Assembly: GCA_965242865.1 (NCBI GenBank)
Contig: CBDETK010000013.1
Coordinates: 3,424,001 to 3,488,000 of the forward strand
From: Candidatus Latescibacterota bacterium
GTDB taxonomy: Bacteria > Latescibacterota > UBA2968 > UBA8231
DNA: 64,000 nt
Direction: 5' to 3'
The translations under genes were made by a program, and so were the position numbers. The first letter of the stretch is position 1. Every line of letters begins with the position of its first letter. The notes under the pieces were generated by a model. That model did not search any database and was not told the DNA's origin. It saw only the letters and a list, made by a program, of their open reading frames with translations. Of this stretch, positions 26,350 to 35,497 are shown piece after piece.

Positions 26350-27540
26350 TCAGAATTCGATGTAATACTTGACGGATGAGACTGGTTCACAGTTTATCCA
26401 ATTCACGTCTTCAATTTCTCTCTGTAGCCAACTCTCGATATTCCTCTTAATTTCATCAATATAGTCTTCATTGATCTCAAATAATGCAAACCGTCTGTTT
26501 AGTTTAGCAGCCGCTTCCCCTACTGTGCCAATGCCGGCAAAAGGATCGAGGATAACATCGTTCTTGAATGAATAGTATCGAATCACTTTCTCTGCAAGTT
26601 CTAGCGGGAATATCGCGGGATGCTTTTTACTATGAGCAGGATGTATTTTCCAGATATTCGTCACTTCATAGCCATCTTCAACTCGAGATTCGTCAACTAT
26701 GTTTTGATCCGGGTGTTTTCTGATATGCCAATCTATCAATTTATTCGTTTTTTTTCGATAGACTAAAACATATTCTGTTACAGGTACGGCCTTGTACTGT
26801 AACGGATTCCTATCAGCCGCAAACCTTCTGCCCCGCCCCGTTGCCCAACCAGCCCCTTCCGGTTTCACCCATATAATGTCATCAATAAACTCAAATCCTT
26901 CCTCAACAAAAATTCTGTGAAAATCAAAAGGGACGGCTATTCTTTTAGAAGACTCACTTCGGCTTGCACGACGAATCAACACTGGTGATATATTTATGAC
27001 AAAAAATCTACCTTCGCTTAAAACTCTATGGCACTGGTGTATTATTTTTTTCATCTTGAGCAAATATTCATCGTATTGAATATAATCAGAATACTCGGGC
27101 CGGGCGTTATAGTAGGGTGGAGAAGTAAAGACAAGATCTATAGATTCAGAAGGTGTCTGCAAAAGCAACTCCTCACTGTCTCCCCAACCAACCGTATTTC
27201 TCAATTTTGAAACTTTGGGTACTTCTGTTTTTTTTCGCTTCTTAGTTGTACCATTTGTACGGCCGAGCAACCTCGCCTCTAAAATATCCCTTTGCGTTGT
27301 CTTTTTTTCTTGTATCAAGCTCGTATAAGCATCAATCACAATTTCGCCTACCTTATAGCTATCTTTACCTTTCAGGGGCACTCGCCAGATATGATAGCGA
27401 TCATCTACTTCTGGAAGTCCAAACTGAATCGCATTGTCGAGATCAATATCTTTTAGATAATTCACAGAAACTCTCTTCGCGTCCTCGACATTTTTTACGC
27501 GATAATTTCGTCTATCATAGACTGTCGATTTCTGTAGCAT
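26350..27540 (-). CDS. N4-cytosine DNA methyltransferase (beta class, M.CfrBI-like)
   Basis: FTSPPY precedes DPFAGIGT; HPAIFP. Confidence 0.88.
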   Translation of the reverse strand: MLQKSTVYDRRNYRVKNVEDAKRVSVNYLKDIDLDNAIQFGLPEVDDRYHIWRVPLKGKDSYKVGEIVIDAYTSLIQEKKTTQRDILEARLLGRTNGTTKKRKKTEVPKVSKLRNTVGWGDSEELLLQTPSESIDLVFTSPPYYNARPEYSDYIQYDEYLLKMKKIIHQCHRVLSEGRFFVINISPVLIRRASRSESSKRIAVPFDFHRIFVEEGFEFIDDIIWVKPEGAGWATGRGRRFAADRNPLQYKAVPVTEYVLVYRKKTNKLIDWHIRKHPDQNIVDESRVEDGYEVTNIWKIHPAHSKKHPAIFPLELAEKVIRYYSFKNDVILDPFAGIGTVGEAAAKLNRRFALFEINEDYIDEIKRNIESWLQREIEDVNWINCEPVSSVKYYIEF

Positions 27541-27749
27541 AATATCTCCAATAAATCTAGATGCTAACCCTGAATAGAGCCAATGGCGTGTTTTATTGGG
27601 GTAGCCAAGCTCGAATAATTAGGAATATACTCACAGAGAAATATAAGTCAATTTTGGGCCGACGAGATGGTGGTGCTGGGGTGCGCGAAGGGAGCGGCCT
27701 AGCAGGTGAAAGACGCGATTGCCCACTTCAAAGAGCAATACCGCGAGGT

Positions 27750-28505
27750 TCACTCCACGTCGAGGATGTAGCGCGCCAGCGGCGAGAGCCGCTCGGCGGT
27801 TGCCGGCCGCAAGTACGCACGCTGGTCAGTCTGCTGCGGATGCTCGCGGGCGATAAAGGCGCAGTGCAGGGTGCGGCGGGTCTTGGGGCTGAGGTTGCGA
27901 TACGAACTGTGCCAGAGGCTGCCATTGAACACGGCCACCGAGCCCGCGCGGCCCGTCAGATGCACTTGCTCTGGATGATCGGCTAGGGGATCGGCCACGT
28001 GGTCCACTACCCTGCCGGGTGTGAGGTGGCTGCCCGGAACGCAGCGGGTCGCGCCGTTGGCTCGGGCGAAATCGTCGAGCATCCACATGGAGTTGACCAC
28101 GTGATACGCGCCGGGCGCGTTGGGCTGCCCCCAATCCATGTGCAGGGACTGCAAGCCGCCGCCGATCCGTGGATCGTGCCCGTTGAGCGAGTGCAGCTTA
28201 AACGGCCGCTGCAGCACGTGGAAAACCGCCATCAGCAGGGTCGGTTGCAGGTACACCGCGTCGAAGACAGCCCCCTTGTTGACTAGATCGGCGAGGCGGC
28301 GCACCCCCGCCATTTGGGCGACCTCTATGCCGGCTTCGTCGCCTTCGCGGGCAAAGATCGCTTCAAAAGCGCGGCGCAACTCGGCCAGCCAGTCGGGCGC
28401 GATGACCTCTTCTAAGATGATGAAGCCGTGGGTGTCCAGCGCGCTGCATTGCGCGGGCGTTAGCGGCTGGGGGACGAAGCCCCGTTGCAATAATTCGCGG
28501 TCCAT
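27750..28505 (-). CDS. Phytanoyl-CoA dioxygenase (PhyH) family Fe/2OG dioxygenase
   Basis: LHMD (HxD), NGATRCVPGSH, LWH. Confidence 0.9.
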   Translation of the reverse strand: MDRELLQRGFVPQPLTPAQCSALDTHGFIILEEVIAPDWLAELRRAFEAIFAREGDEAGIEVAQMAGVRRLADLVNKGAVFDAVYLQPTLLMAVFHVLQRPFKLHSLNGHDPRIGGGLQSLHMDWGQPNAPGAYHVVNSMWMLDDFARANGATRCVPGSHLTPGRVVDHVADPLADHPEQVHLTGRAGSVAVFNGSLWHSSYRNLSPKTRRTLHCAFIAREHPQQTDQRAYLRPATAERLSPLARYILDVE

Positions 28506-28509
28506 TTGC

Positions 28510-29673
28510 TTAACTACCGGCTCGTCGTGTGAATTTGCACAGGGCGGTCACGCCGCGGCGGATGTGCTCTTCCGAGGCGGCGATGGAGACGCGCACGTGG
28601 TCGCGGCACATCTGGCCGAAGGTGCGGCCCGGCGCCACGGCCACGCGCTGCTCTTTGAGGAGCCGGACGGCAAATTCGCCGGAGTCCATGCCCGCCGCAG
28701 CAATGTCGATCATGAGGTAAATCGCGCCGCCTGGGGTATAGCGGTACAAGTCGTATTCTCTCAGGATATCGAGGGCCAAGTCGCGGCGGCGGCCATAGAT
28801 GCGGCGCATGTCGGCCACGGCGTCTTGCAGGCTGTCGAGCGCATCGGCGGCCGCGAGTTGGGAAAAGCCCGTGCCGCACGAGACAAAAGGCTCTTGCAGC
28901 TTGGCGGCCAGTTCAATGTACTCGGGGTGGGCGCGGGTGAAGCCCACTCGGTAGCCGGTCATGGCGTAGCTTTTGGACATGCCGGAGACGATGATGGCGC
29001 GTCCGTCGGCGTCGTTGAGCAGAGCGCTGTGATGCGGTTGATCAAAGACGATTTGGCCGTAGATCTCGTCGGACAGCACCCACAAGTCGCGGCGCTGGGC
29101 CCACTGCATAAGCTGGCGCATGAGCGTCGCGTCGTACACTTGGCCGGTCGGGTTGGAGGGCGTACAGAGCAAGAGGAGCTTGGTGCGCGGGCTGACGAGG
29201 CGGTCCATCTCGTTGAGGTCGGGCAGAAAGTGGTTTTCCGCTCGCAAATTGTAAAAGACCGGCTGGCCGTGAGCCATGGCGACGGCCATCTCGTAGTTGG
29301 GCCAGCCCGGGTCGGGCAACAGGACCTCGTCGCCCGGGTCGAGCAGAGCGAGAAAAGCGGTCGCCACGCTCATGACGGCCCCGGGGGTGACGAGGATGTT
29401 TTCGGCGGTGGTCGGTACGCCGGTGCTGCGCTCAAAGTAGCGAGCCGCGGCCGCGCGCAACGCATCGACGCCGGCATTGGGGACGTACTTGGTGTGGCCG
29501 GCGCGCACGTAGCGGCAGGTGGCTTCGACAATGGGCGCGGGCGTGGCAAAATCGGGTTGGCCTACTTCGAGGTGGATGACCTCGCCCGTTTTCTCGACCG
29601 CCCAAGCCAAGTCCATGATCTCGCGGATGCCCGAGCGAGGGAGCGACGCGGGGATGCGGGCGAAAGGCTTCAT
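28510..29673 (-). CDS. PLP-dependent aminotransferase class I/II
   Basis: GQPDF, PSNPTG, SDEIY, SKSYAMTGYRVG. Confidence 0.95.
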   Translation of the reverse strand: MKPFARIPASLPRSGIREIMDLAWAVEKTGEVIHLEVGQPDFATPAPIVEATCRYVRAGHTKYVPNAGVDALRAAAARYFERSTGVPTTAENILVTPGAVMSVATAFLALLDPGDEVLLPDPGWPNYEMAVAMAHGQPVFYNLRAENHFLPDLNEMDRLVSPRTKLLLLCTPSNPTGQVYDATLMRQLMQWAQRRDLWVLSDEIYGQIVFDQPHHSALLNDADGRAIIVSGMSKSYAMTGYRVGFTRAHPEYIELAAKLQEPFVSCGTGFSQLAAADALDSLQDAVADMRRIYGRRRDLALDILREYDLYRYTPGGAIYLMIDIAAAGMDSGEFAVRLLKEQRVAVAPGRTFGQMCRDHVRVSIAASEEHIRRGVTALCKFTRRAGS

Positions 29674-30467
29674 CGGATGTGGATGCCCGGGCCGGTCGCG
29701 CCGATCATCTGCACGGTGTTGTAAATAGACGCGGGCGTTGAGGCGCCGGTGACGCCGGTGATGCCTTCGCTGCGCGCGACCTTGAGGTCAATGCCCGGGC
29801 CTTGGGCGTGGATTTCGACGATGGCTTCGCTCCATGCGGGGCTTACCAGCAACAGCGAGTGGGTGCGGTCGAAGCCAATGCCGGCGTACGCAATGGCGGC
29901 GTGGGTATTGACGTTGCGCGGGAAGAGCGGGCAAATGCCGCGCGTCGGGCCGTCGTAGAGGACGGTTTCCTCCTCGATGTCGTCGGGGCTGAGGCCAGTG
30001 GCCGCGCAATCGACGTTGTGCGGGGGCTTTTTCATCACCACATCGACCGACTCCCACACGTCGCGGTTTTCCAACAGCGCGTCCATGCCGACCACGCCGC
30101 CGTGCGGGACAAAGGCGCGGGTGCCGGCGCGGTGGGTCGTCTCTTCAAGGGTGGATTCGATGGCTGGGTCGGCCAGGGCGGTCACCGAAATGAACATGTA
30201 GTTGGTTTTTTCGAGGATGGTGCGTCCCCACCGGCGGGTGACCTCGGGGTGGGCCATCTCAACGACGAGGTCGGGCTGGCGCGCGGCAAAGTCGCCCAAA
30301 TCCGCTAGGCAGAGGTCGCCGGGGAGGTCTTGGACGGCCGCGGCTAGCTGATCGTGAACGAAGACGACTTCCATGCCGTTGTCTGGGTCGGCGTCTATCA
30401 TCGCGTGGACGGCTTGGCCGATCTGACCGTAGCCGATCAGGCCGATGCGAGTCGGGTTTTGGCGCAT
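29670..30467 (-). CDS. Aspartate dehydrogenase-like (DUF108) oxidoreductase, divergent
   Basis: GYGQIG, VVEMA, GGVVGMD, LYDGP...FPRNVN; GAGGAG RBS. Confidence 0.7.
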   Translation of the reverse strand: MRQNPTRIGLIGYGQIGQAVHAMIDADPDNGMEVVFVHDQLAAAVQDLPGDLCLADLGDFAARQPDLVVEMAHPEVTRRWGRTILEKTNYMFISVTALADPAIESTLEETTHRAGTRAFVPHGGVVGMDALLENRDVWESVDVVMKKPPHNVDCAATGLSPDDIEEETVLYDGPTRGICPLFPRNVNTHAAIAYAGIGFDRTHSLLLVSPAWSEAIVEIHAQGPGIDLKVARSEGITGVTGASTPASIYNTVQMIGATGPGIHIR

Positions 30468-30516
30468 GGTTTGGCTCCTCAAAACGGGTGAATCGGGAGA
30501 AGCGAATATAGGCACT

Positions 30517-32922
30517 CTATTTGCGCTCGGCCATTTTGCAGACCCAGATGCTGATTTCGTACAGCAGGAGCAAGGGCAGGGCCATTAGGAGCTGGGAGAC
30601 CGGGTCCGGCGGCGTGAAGATCGCGCCGAGGACGAAGATGCCGATGACGGCATAGCGGCGGATACGGCGCATCCGCGCCGCGGTCAGCACCCCGACCTTG
30701 GCCAAAAAGAGCGCCAGCACCGGCATTTCAAAGACGATGCCAAAGCCCGCGATGAGCCGCAGCACAAAGCCGATGTACTCGTCGGCCGCCCATTGCGAGG
30801 TCATGTCGGGCGGCTCTAGGGCGAGGAAAAAGCGCAGCCCGAGCGGGAGGACGATGGAGTACGCGATCAGCGCGCCGACCGAGAAGCAGAGGACGCTCAG
30901 CGAGATAATGGGCACCATGAGCTGTTTCTCGCGCTGCAAAAGCCCCGGGGCCACAAACCGCCAGACTTGGTAAAAGACCACCGGCAGCGCGAGCAACAGC
31001 CCCCCGACAAAGGCGATTTGCAGGCTGATGAAAAAGTACGTCATGGGCCGGAGGGCTTGCAGGCGGCGCGCTGGGGGCAGATCAGCCGGGCGCGCGTCCG
31101 GGGTGGGCGCAGCGTCGGGCAGGCCCAACCACTGGCGCACCAGTTTTTCAACGGCCCGCACCGCGCCCGAGGATTGCTGGCTCTCCAAGCTGAAGACGGC
31201 TTCTTCGTAAGGCCGGGTCAAGATCTGCATGATCGAGTCCGAGAAGGCAAAGCAGAGTACCGCGCCCACAGTGAGTGCGCCGAGGGCCTTGAGAATGCGC
31301 CAGCGGAGTTCTTCGAGGTGGTCGAGAAAGGGCATGTTGGCTTCCCGGGGCGGTTCTGGGTCGGGGAGGGGTTCGGGTTCTGCTGCTGGTTCGGGTTCGG
31401 GTCGCGGCTTGCGGAAGCGGGCGACGAACGCGCCGAGGGCGACGAGCAGGCAGCCGTAAGCGAATAGGTCGCCGTGCCGCGTGTAAAAGGTCGCCGGCTG
31501 GCCGACCGGCACTGTGGCGACCGCGACGGCTGGCGTGAAGAGGTCCGTTGCCTCGTAGGTGCGGCCAAACGGGTCGATGAACAGGGAAATGCCGGTGGTG
31601 GCTGCGCGGGCGATGGCCGTGCGGTTTTCAATGGCGCGCATGGCGTTGATGAGCGCGTGTTGGTAAGGCCCGGCGCTGCGGCCAAACCACGAGTCATTGG
31701 TGATGTTGACCAACACGCGCGCCCCGGCCGCCACGTGCTGGCGCACGAGCGCGGGAAAGATGGACTCAAAGCATATTAGCACGGCAAAGGGATGCCGGGG
31801 ATGGGCAAAAACCGCGCGTTCTGTGCCGCGAGCGAATTCGGCCGGGCCGAGGTCGCCGGTCAGGCGGGTCCAGTCGATGGCGCGCAGCAGGGGGATGGCG
31901 TCGCGGTAGGGCGTCCGCTCGCCAAAGGGCACTAAGTGCATCTTGGCGTACCAAGGCAGGGCGGTGGCCCCGGGCTGGACGAAGAAGGCCGCGTTGTAGT
32001 TGGCGTGCGGTGCGCCGGTGAGCACGGGAATGTCGAGCTCCTCGACGAGGGCTTGGACGCGGCCTCGGCAGCCGGTCCGACGCCCGGGATCGCACGGCAG
32101 GGCGGTTTCCGGCCAAACGAGCAGCTCGGGGTCGCGCTTGGCCGCTTGGCGCGACAGGGTGGCGAGGGCCGAGAAACTGCGCTCCAGCCCATTTGGCCCC
32201 CACTTGTCGGCGTAGGTGGTGTTCGGTTGGATCAGGCCGATGCGCAGGCCCTCGGCTGGGACCGCGGTCGCCAAGGCGCTTTGAGCGTGGAGCCAAGGCA
32301 AGAGATAGCCCAAGGCAACGCCCCCGAGAAAGATGCGCCGCTCGACGAGGGCCAAATAGATCAGCGCGTTGAGGCCGACGACCCAGCAGGACACGCCAAA
32401 GACCCCGGTCGCGGTGGCGTACTGGATGAAGTGGGGCAGGGCGGCTTGGCTGTGCCCCAGCAAGAGCCAAGGAAACCCCAGCTCCCCGAGCGAGAGCAGA
32501 TACTCTTGCCCGGTCCACAACACAGGCAGCAGCGCGAGTGCCTTGGTGCCCCACCGGGTCGCGAACACGCAGAACAGCCCGGTGCAGAGGCCGGTAAAAA
32601 GGCCCAAATAAGCGGCCATCAGTCCGGTGCCCGCGACGACCGCGGGGCCTCCGCCTTGGGTGAAGGCCACCCAGTACAGGGACAGCAGGTTCCAGACCAA
32701 ACCGCTGATCCAGCCCGCGGCCAAGCCAGCTTTGAAGCCGCGATCTTTCAGGGCGAGCAGCAAAGGCACCAAGGCGCCATGGGCCCAGAGCGGATGATGG
32801 AGAACGGCGAGCGGGTGATCCGGGTGGTTGGGAAAGGCCAGCGCGAGCAAGGCCCCGCTTAGTGCAGCGAGCAGCAGGCGATACCGCGGGGTTAGGGCTA
32901 GGACGAGGCGCGAGTTAGACAT
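30517..32922 (-). CDS. lnt-tatC: Fusion of apolipoprotein N-acyltransferase (Lnt) and twin-arginine translocase TatC
   Basis: Lnt: GFPW..LG, WPET, KMHLVPFGE, ICFES, NITNDSWFG. Pro/Glu linker. TatC from 31335: MPFLDHLEELRWR, YQVWRFVAPGL, FEMP, TPPDPVSQ. No intervening stop. Confidence 0.9.
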   Translation of the reverse strand: MSNSRLVLALTPRYRLLLAALSGALLALAFPNHPDHPLAVLHHPLWAHGALVPLLLALKDRGFKAGLAAGWISGLVWNLLSLYWVAFTQGGGPAVVAGTGLMAAYLGLFTGLCTGLFCVFATRWGTKALALLPVLWTGQEYLLSLGELGFPWLLLGHSQAALPHFIQYATATGVFGVSCWVVGLNALIYLALVERRIFLGGVALGYLLPWLHAQSALATAVPAEGLRIGLIQPNTTYADKWGPNGLERSFSALATLSRQAAKRDPELLVWPETALPCDPGRRTGCRGRVQALVEELDIPVLTGAPHANYNAAFFVQPGATALPWYAKMHLVPFGERTPYRDAIPLLRAIDWTRLTGDLGPAEFARGTERAVFAHPRHPFAVLICFESIFPALVRQHVAAGARVLVNITNDSWFGRSAGPYQHALINAMRAIENRTAIARAATTGISLFIDPFGRTYEATDLFTPAVAVATVPVGQPATFYTRHGDLFAYGCLLVALGAFVARFRKPRPEPEPAAEPEPLPDPEPPREANMPFLDHLEELRWRILKALGALTVGAVLCFAFSDSIMQILTRPYEEAVFSLESQQSSGAVRAVEKLVRQWLGLPDAAPTPDARPADLPPARRLQALRPMTYFFISLQIAFVGGLLLALPVVFYQVWRFVAPGLLQREKQLMVPIISLSVLCFSVGALIAYSIVLPLGLRFFLALEPPDMTSQWAADEYIGFVLRLIAGFGIVFEMPVLALFLAKVGVLTAARMRRIRRYAVIGIFVLGAIFTPPDPVSQLLMALPLLLLYEISIWVCKMAERK

Positions 32923-32980
32923 CGGCAGTGGGGGGTAAGGTGCAACAATAATAGAAGGGAGGCCGGGGCCGAGCAAGGTG

Positions 32981-32997
32981 CTGGCACGGATTGTGCT
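32981..32997 (+). promoter_or_regulatory. Putative sigma-54 (-24/-12) promoter upstream of radC
   Basis: CTGGCACG-GATT-GTGCT versus consensus YTGGCACG-N4-TTGCW, correct GG/GC spacing. Confidence 0.6.
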
Positions 32998-33100
32998 TAT
33001 ACATTGGGTGCGTCTAGTGCTCGGGGTTCGTGGGGGCTAGACGCTACACTCGCGTGGTTTTTTTGCTACAGCTTTCGCTTTGCCCAAGGAGGAACGCGCC

Positions 33101-33820
33101 GTGCCAACGCAAACTCAGCCCATTGACTACGACTTTGCCGCCCGCATTGTGGGCGAGGGCCCGCCCACCCGCCCGGACGAGCTGCCGCGAGAGCGGCTGG
33201 CGCGCTTGGGGCCGCAGGCCCTCAAGGACCAAGAGCTGCTGGCCGTAGCTTTGGGGACGGGGTATCGCGGTCGGCCCGTGATGGACTTGGCCGAGAGCAT
33301 CCTCGCCGATTACCCCAAGGAATCGCTGGTGGACCTCGATTTGGGGCAATTGAGCCGGATCAAGGGGCTGGGCAAGGCCAAGGCCGGGGTCTTGGTCGCG
33401 GCGTTTGAACTGGCCCGCCGCGGGTTGCACAAGGGCTTGGGGGTGCGCCCGGTGATTAGTGCGCCCGGCGACGCGCTGTCCATGCTTTCCGACATCAAGG
33501 ACCAGCAGCGCGAGCACTTTCTCTGCCTGTATCTCAACGCCCGCAATCAGGTGATCCACAAGGAGGTCGTGTCCATCGGCAGTTTATCGTCGGCCATCGT
33601 GCATCCGCGCGAGGTTTTTCGCACGGCGGTTTCGCAGGCTGCGGCCAGCGTGATATTGGCGCACAACCATCCCTCCGGCGACGTGTCGCCCAGTCAGGAC
33701 GACATCAACCTGACGCGGCGCTTGGTGCAGGCCGGCGAGATCATGGGCATTGACGTGCTCGACCACCTCATCATCGGCAGCGACGATTTTCTCAGCTTGA
33801 AGGAGCGCGGCTTGATATGA
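33101..33820 (+). CDS. radC: RadC (JAB/MPN domain) protein
   Basis: PRERL, HhH IKGLGKAKA, VHPREVF, AHNHPSGD..PS..D, DHLIIG; AAGGAGG RBS before GTG. Confidence 0.93.
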   Translation: MPTQTQPIDYDFAARIVGEGPPTRPDELPRERLARLGPQALKDQELLAVALGTGYRGRPVMDLAESILADYPKESLVDLDLGQLSRIKGLGKAKAGVLVAAFELARRGLHKGLGVRPVISAPGDALSMLSDIKDQQREHFLCLYLNARNQVIHKEVVSIGSLSSAIVHPREVFRTAVSQAAASVILAHNHPSGDVSPSQDDINLTRRLVQAGEIMGIDVLDHLIIGSDDFLSLKERGLI

Positions 33821-33897
33821 AGAGCGAAAATTGTATTTGCTCGGCAAAAGCCTATATTACTGACGAGTGCAGCAATCTACACGAGGATACCCCAGCG

Positions 33898-34581
33898 ATG
33901 AAAGAAGAGAACAGCCACCTGATCCCGGTGTACATTTTCGACATGTACTCCTATCCAAACGCTGAGCAGGGTTTGGGCCTGCCGCAGAAGTACTTGGTTT
34001 TGCTCAAGGGCAAGGAAAACAGCGTAGTCCCCATCACGATCGGCCACTTTGAGGGCCAAGCCTTGGCGATGGCGGTCCGCAAAATCGCCTTGCCGCGCCC
34101 CCTGCCGCACGATCTGTTGTGCAACCTGCTCAAGCGAATTGACGCCGTGGTCCGCAAGCTGGTGGTCCACACCCTCAAAGAGGACGTTTTCCATGCGTAC
34201 CTGCTGGTCCAAGCCCAGGGCCAGTCCTTCTATCTCGACTGTCGCCCCAGCGACGGCATGATCGTGGCTACGCTCTTGGGCGTACCGCTCTTTCTAACCC
34301 CAGAGGTAATGGAGGCGGCCGGCCAGCCGCTGGAGCACTCCGACCCGCCCGAAGCGGCCAAAGAAGAACCAGCCCCGGCCCCCGAGGCGGCCCCGGAGGT
34401 GCTCGCCGAGGACAAAGGGGCCGCGAGGAAGGCGGAGGCGTTTGTGGACCCGCAGACCGGCGAGCCAATAAGCCAGTTGGAGCAGCTCAAGGCGCATTTA
34501 GATTGGCTCATCGCCCAAGAGGCCTACGAGCAGGCGGCCAAGGTCCGCGATCGCATCAGCGAACTGGAAGCCAAAGGCTGA
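33898..34581 (+). CDS. Bifunctional nuclease (DUF151) with C-terminal UvrB/UvrC motif
   Basis: PITIGHFEG, RPLPHDL, DCRPSDG; EAYEQAAKVRDRI. Confidence 0.88.
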   Translation: MKEENSHLIPVYIFDMYSYPNAEQGLGLPQKYLVLLKGKENSVVPITIGHFEGQALAMAVRKIALPRPLPHDLLCNLLKRIDAVVRKLVVHTLKEDVFHAYLLVQAQGQSFYLDCRPSDGMIVATLLGVPLFLTPEVMEAAGQPLEHSDPPEAAKEEPAPAPEAAPEVLAEDKGAARKAEAFVDPQTGEPISQLEQLKAHLDWLIAQEAYEQAAKVRDRISELEAKG

Positions 34582-34684
34582 AGGACGCGCTCGCCCGGCC
34601 GCGGTTGGACGCTCTTGCACTGCTGGTGTGGTGTAGGGGCGTTTTTATTAGTACGCATTGTGCGAAACCGCATGGAACCCAACT

Positions 34685-35485
34685 CTACCAAGAAAGTTTC
34701 TCCGACAGGTTGTGAAAAAAGTACTTGTCGTCGAGGTAAATCAGCCGCGCCGTGTGTGCCGCTTGGCCGACATGCACCTCCTGCTCGGGCGCTAAACTGC
34801 ATATCTCGCGGCCATCGGCAATGAGTGCCACGCGGCTGTCCAAGGTCTCGGGGCTAACGCGCAACCGCACCCGCTTCTCGGCCGGCAGAATCAAGGTCCG
34901 CGACGTGAAGTTGTATTCGTTGATCCCGTCGAGCAACATGCAGCGCACTTCCGGCATGACCAGCGGCGCACCCATCGACAGCAACAACCCGGTGCTGCCC
35001 GTCGGCGTGCCAACGACCACGCCGTCGCCGCGAATGGTGCGGATTTTGGCGTCGTCCACAAAGACGTCTGTAGAGAGCATTTTGTGGTGCGCCCGCAAGG
35101 TCACTTCGTTGAAAACCAGACGCTCGCCCCCGGGGTGGCGGCAAGAGAGCACGAGACGCTCGCTGACGAAGTACTGGCCATCGACCAAAAGCTGGACGAT
35201 GCGCGCCAAGTCCTTGCGGTCTCCAGCGGTCAGAAAGCCGACCGTGCCGAAGTTGATCGCCAACACGGGCCGCTGCGGAAAGCGGGCAAAGGCGCGGAGC
35301 ACGGTGCCGTCGCCGCCGAGAGCGACGACCAAGTCTAGATCGTCCGGGTGTTCGTCGCCCTCAATAAAGCGCACCGCAATTCCATGCGCGGCAAATAGGT
35401 CGCGCACCTCAGCGACTGGATAGTCCAAATCCCGGTCGCGCGGCAGGACCCCGACCTTTTTGGGGGCGAGCGGCACCGACGCCAA
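34685..35485 (-). CDS. nadK: NAD(+)/NADH kinase
   Basis: LGGDGTVL, NFGTVGFL, FNE, GDGVVVGTPTGST. Confidence 0.88.
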   Translation of the reverse strand: MASVPLAPKKVGVLPRDRDLDYPVAEVRDLFAAHGIAVRFIEGDEHPDDLDLVVALGGDGTVLRAFARFPQRPVLAINFGTVGFLTAGDRKDLARIVQLLVDGQYFVSERLVLSCRHPGGERLVFNEVTLRAHHKMLSTDVFVDDAKIRTIRGDGVVVGTPTGSTGLLLSMGAPLVMPEVRCMLLDGINEYNFTSRTLILPAEKRVRLRVSPETLDSRVALIADGREICSLAPEQEVHVGQAAHTARLIYLDDKYFFHNLSEKLSW

Positions 35486-35497
35486 TCTCGGAGGAGC

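Noticed and set aside
28120-29724. 534-aa plus-strand ORF, and similar long antisense ORFs such as 582-1454, 21558-22550, 31936-32862 and 45241-46293
   Set aside because: They are shadows of well-supported genes on the opposite strand in high-GC DNA and carry no recognisable motifs.
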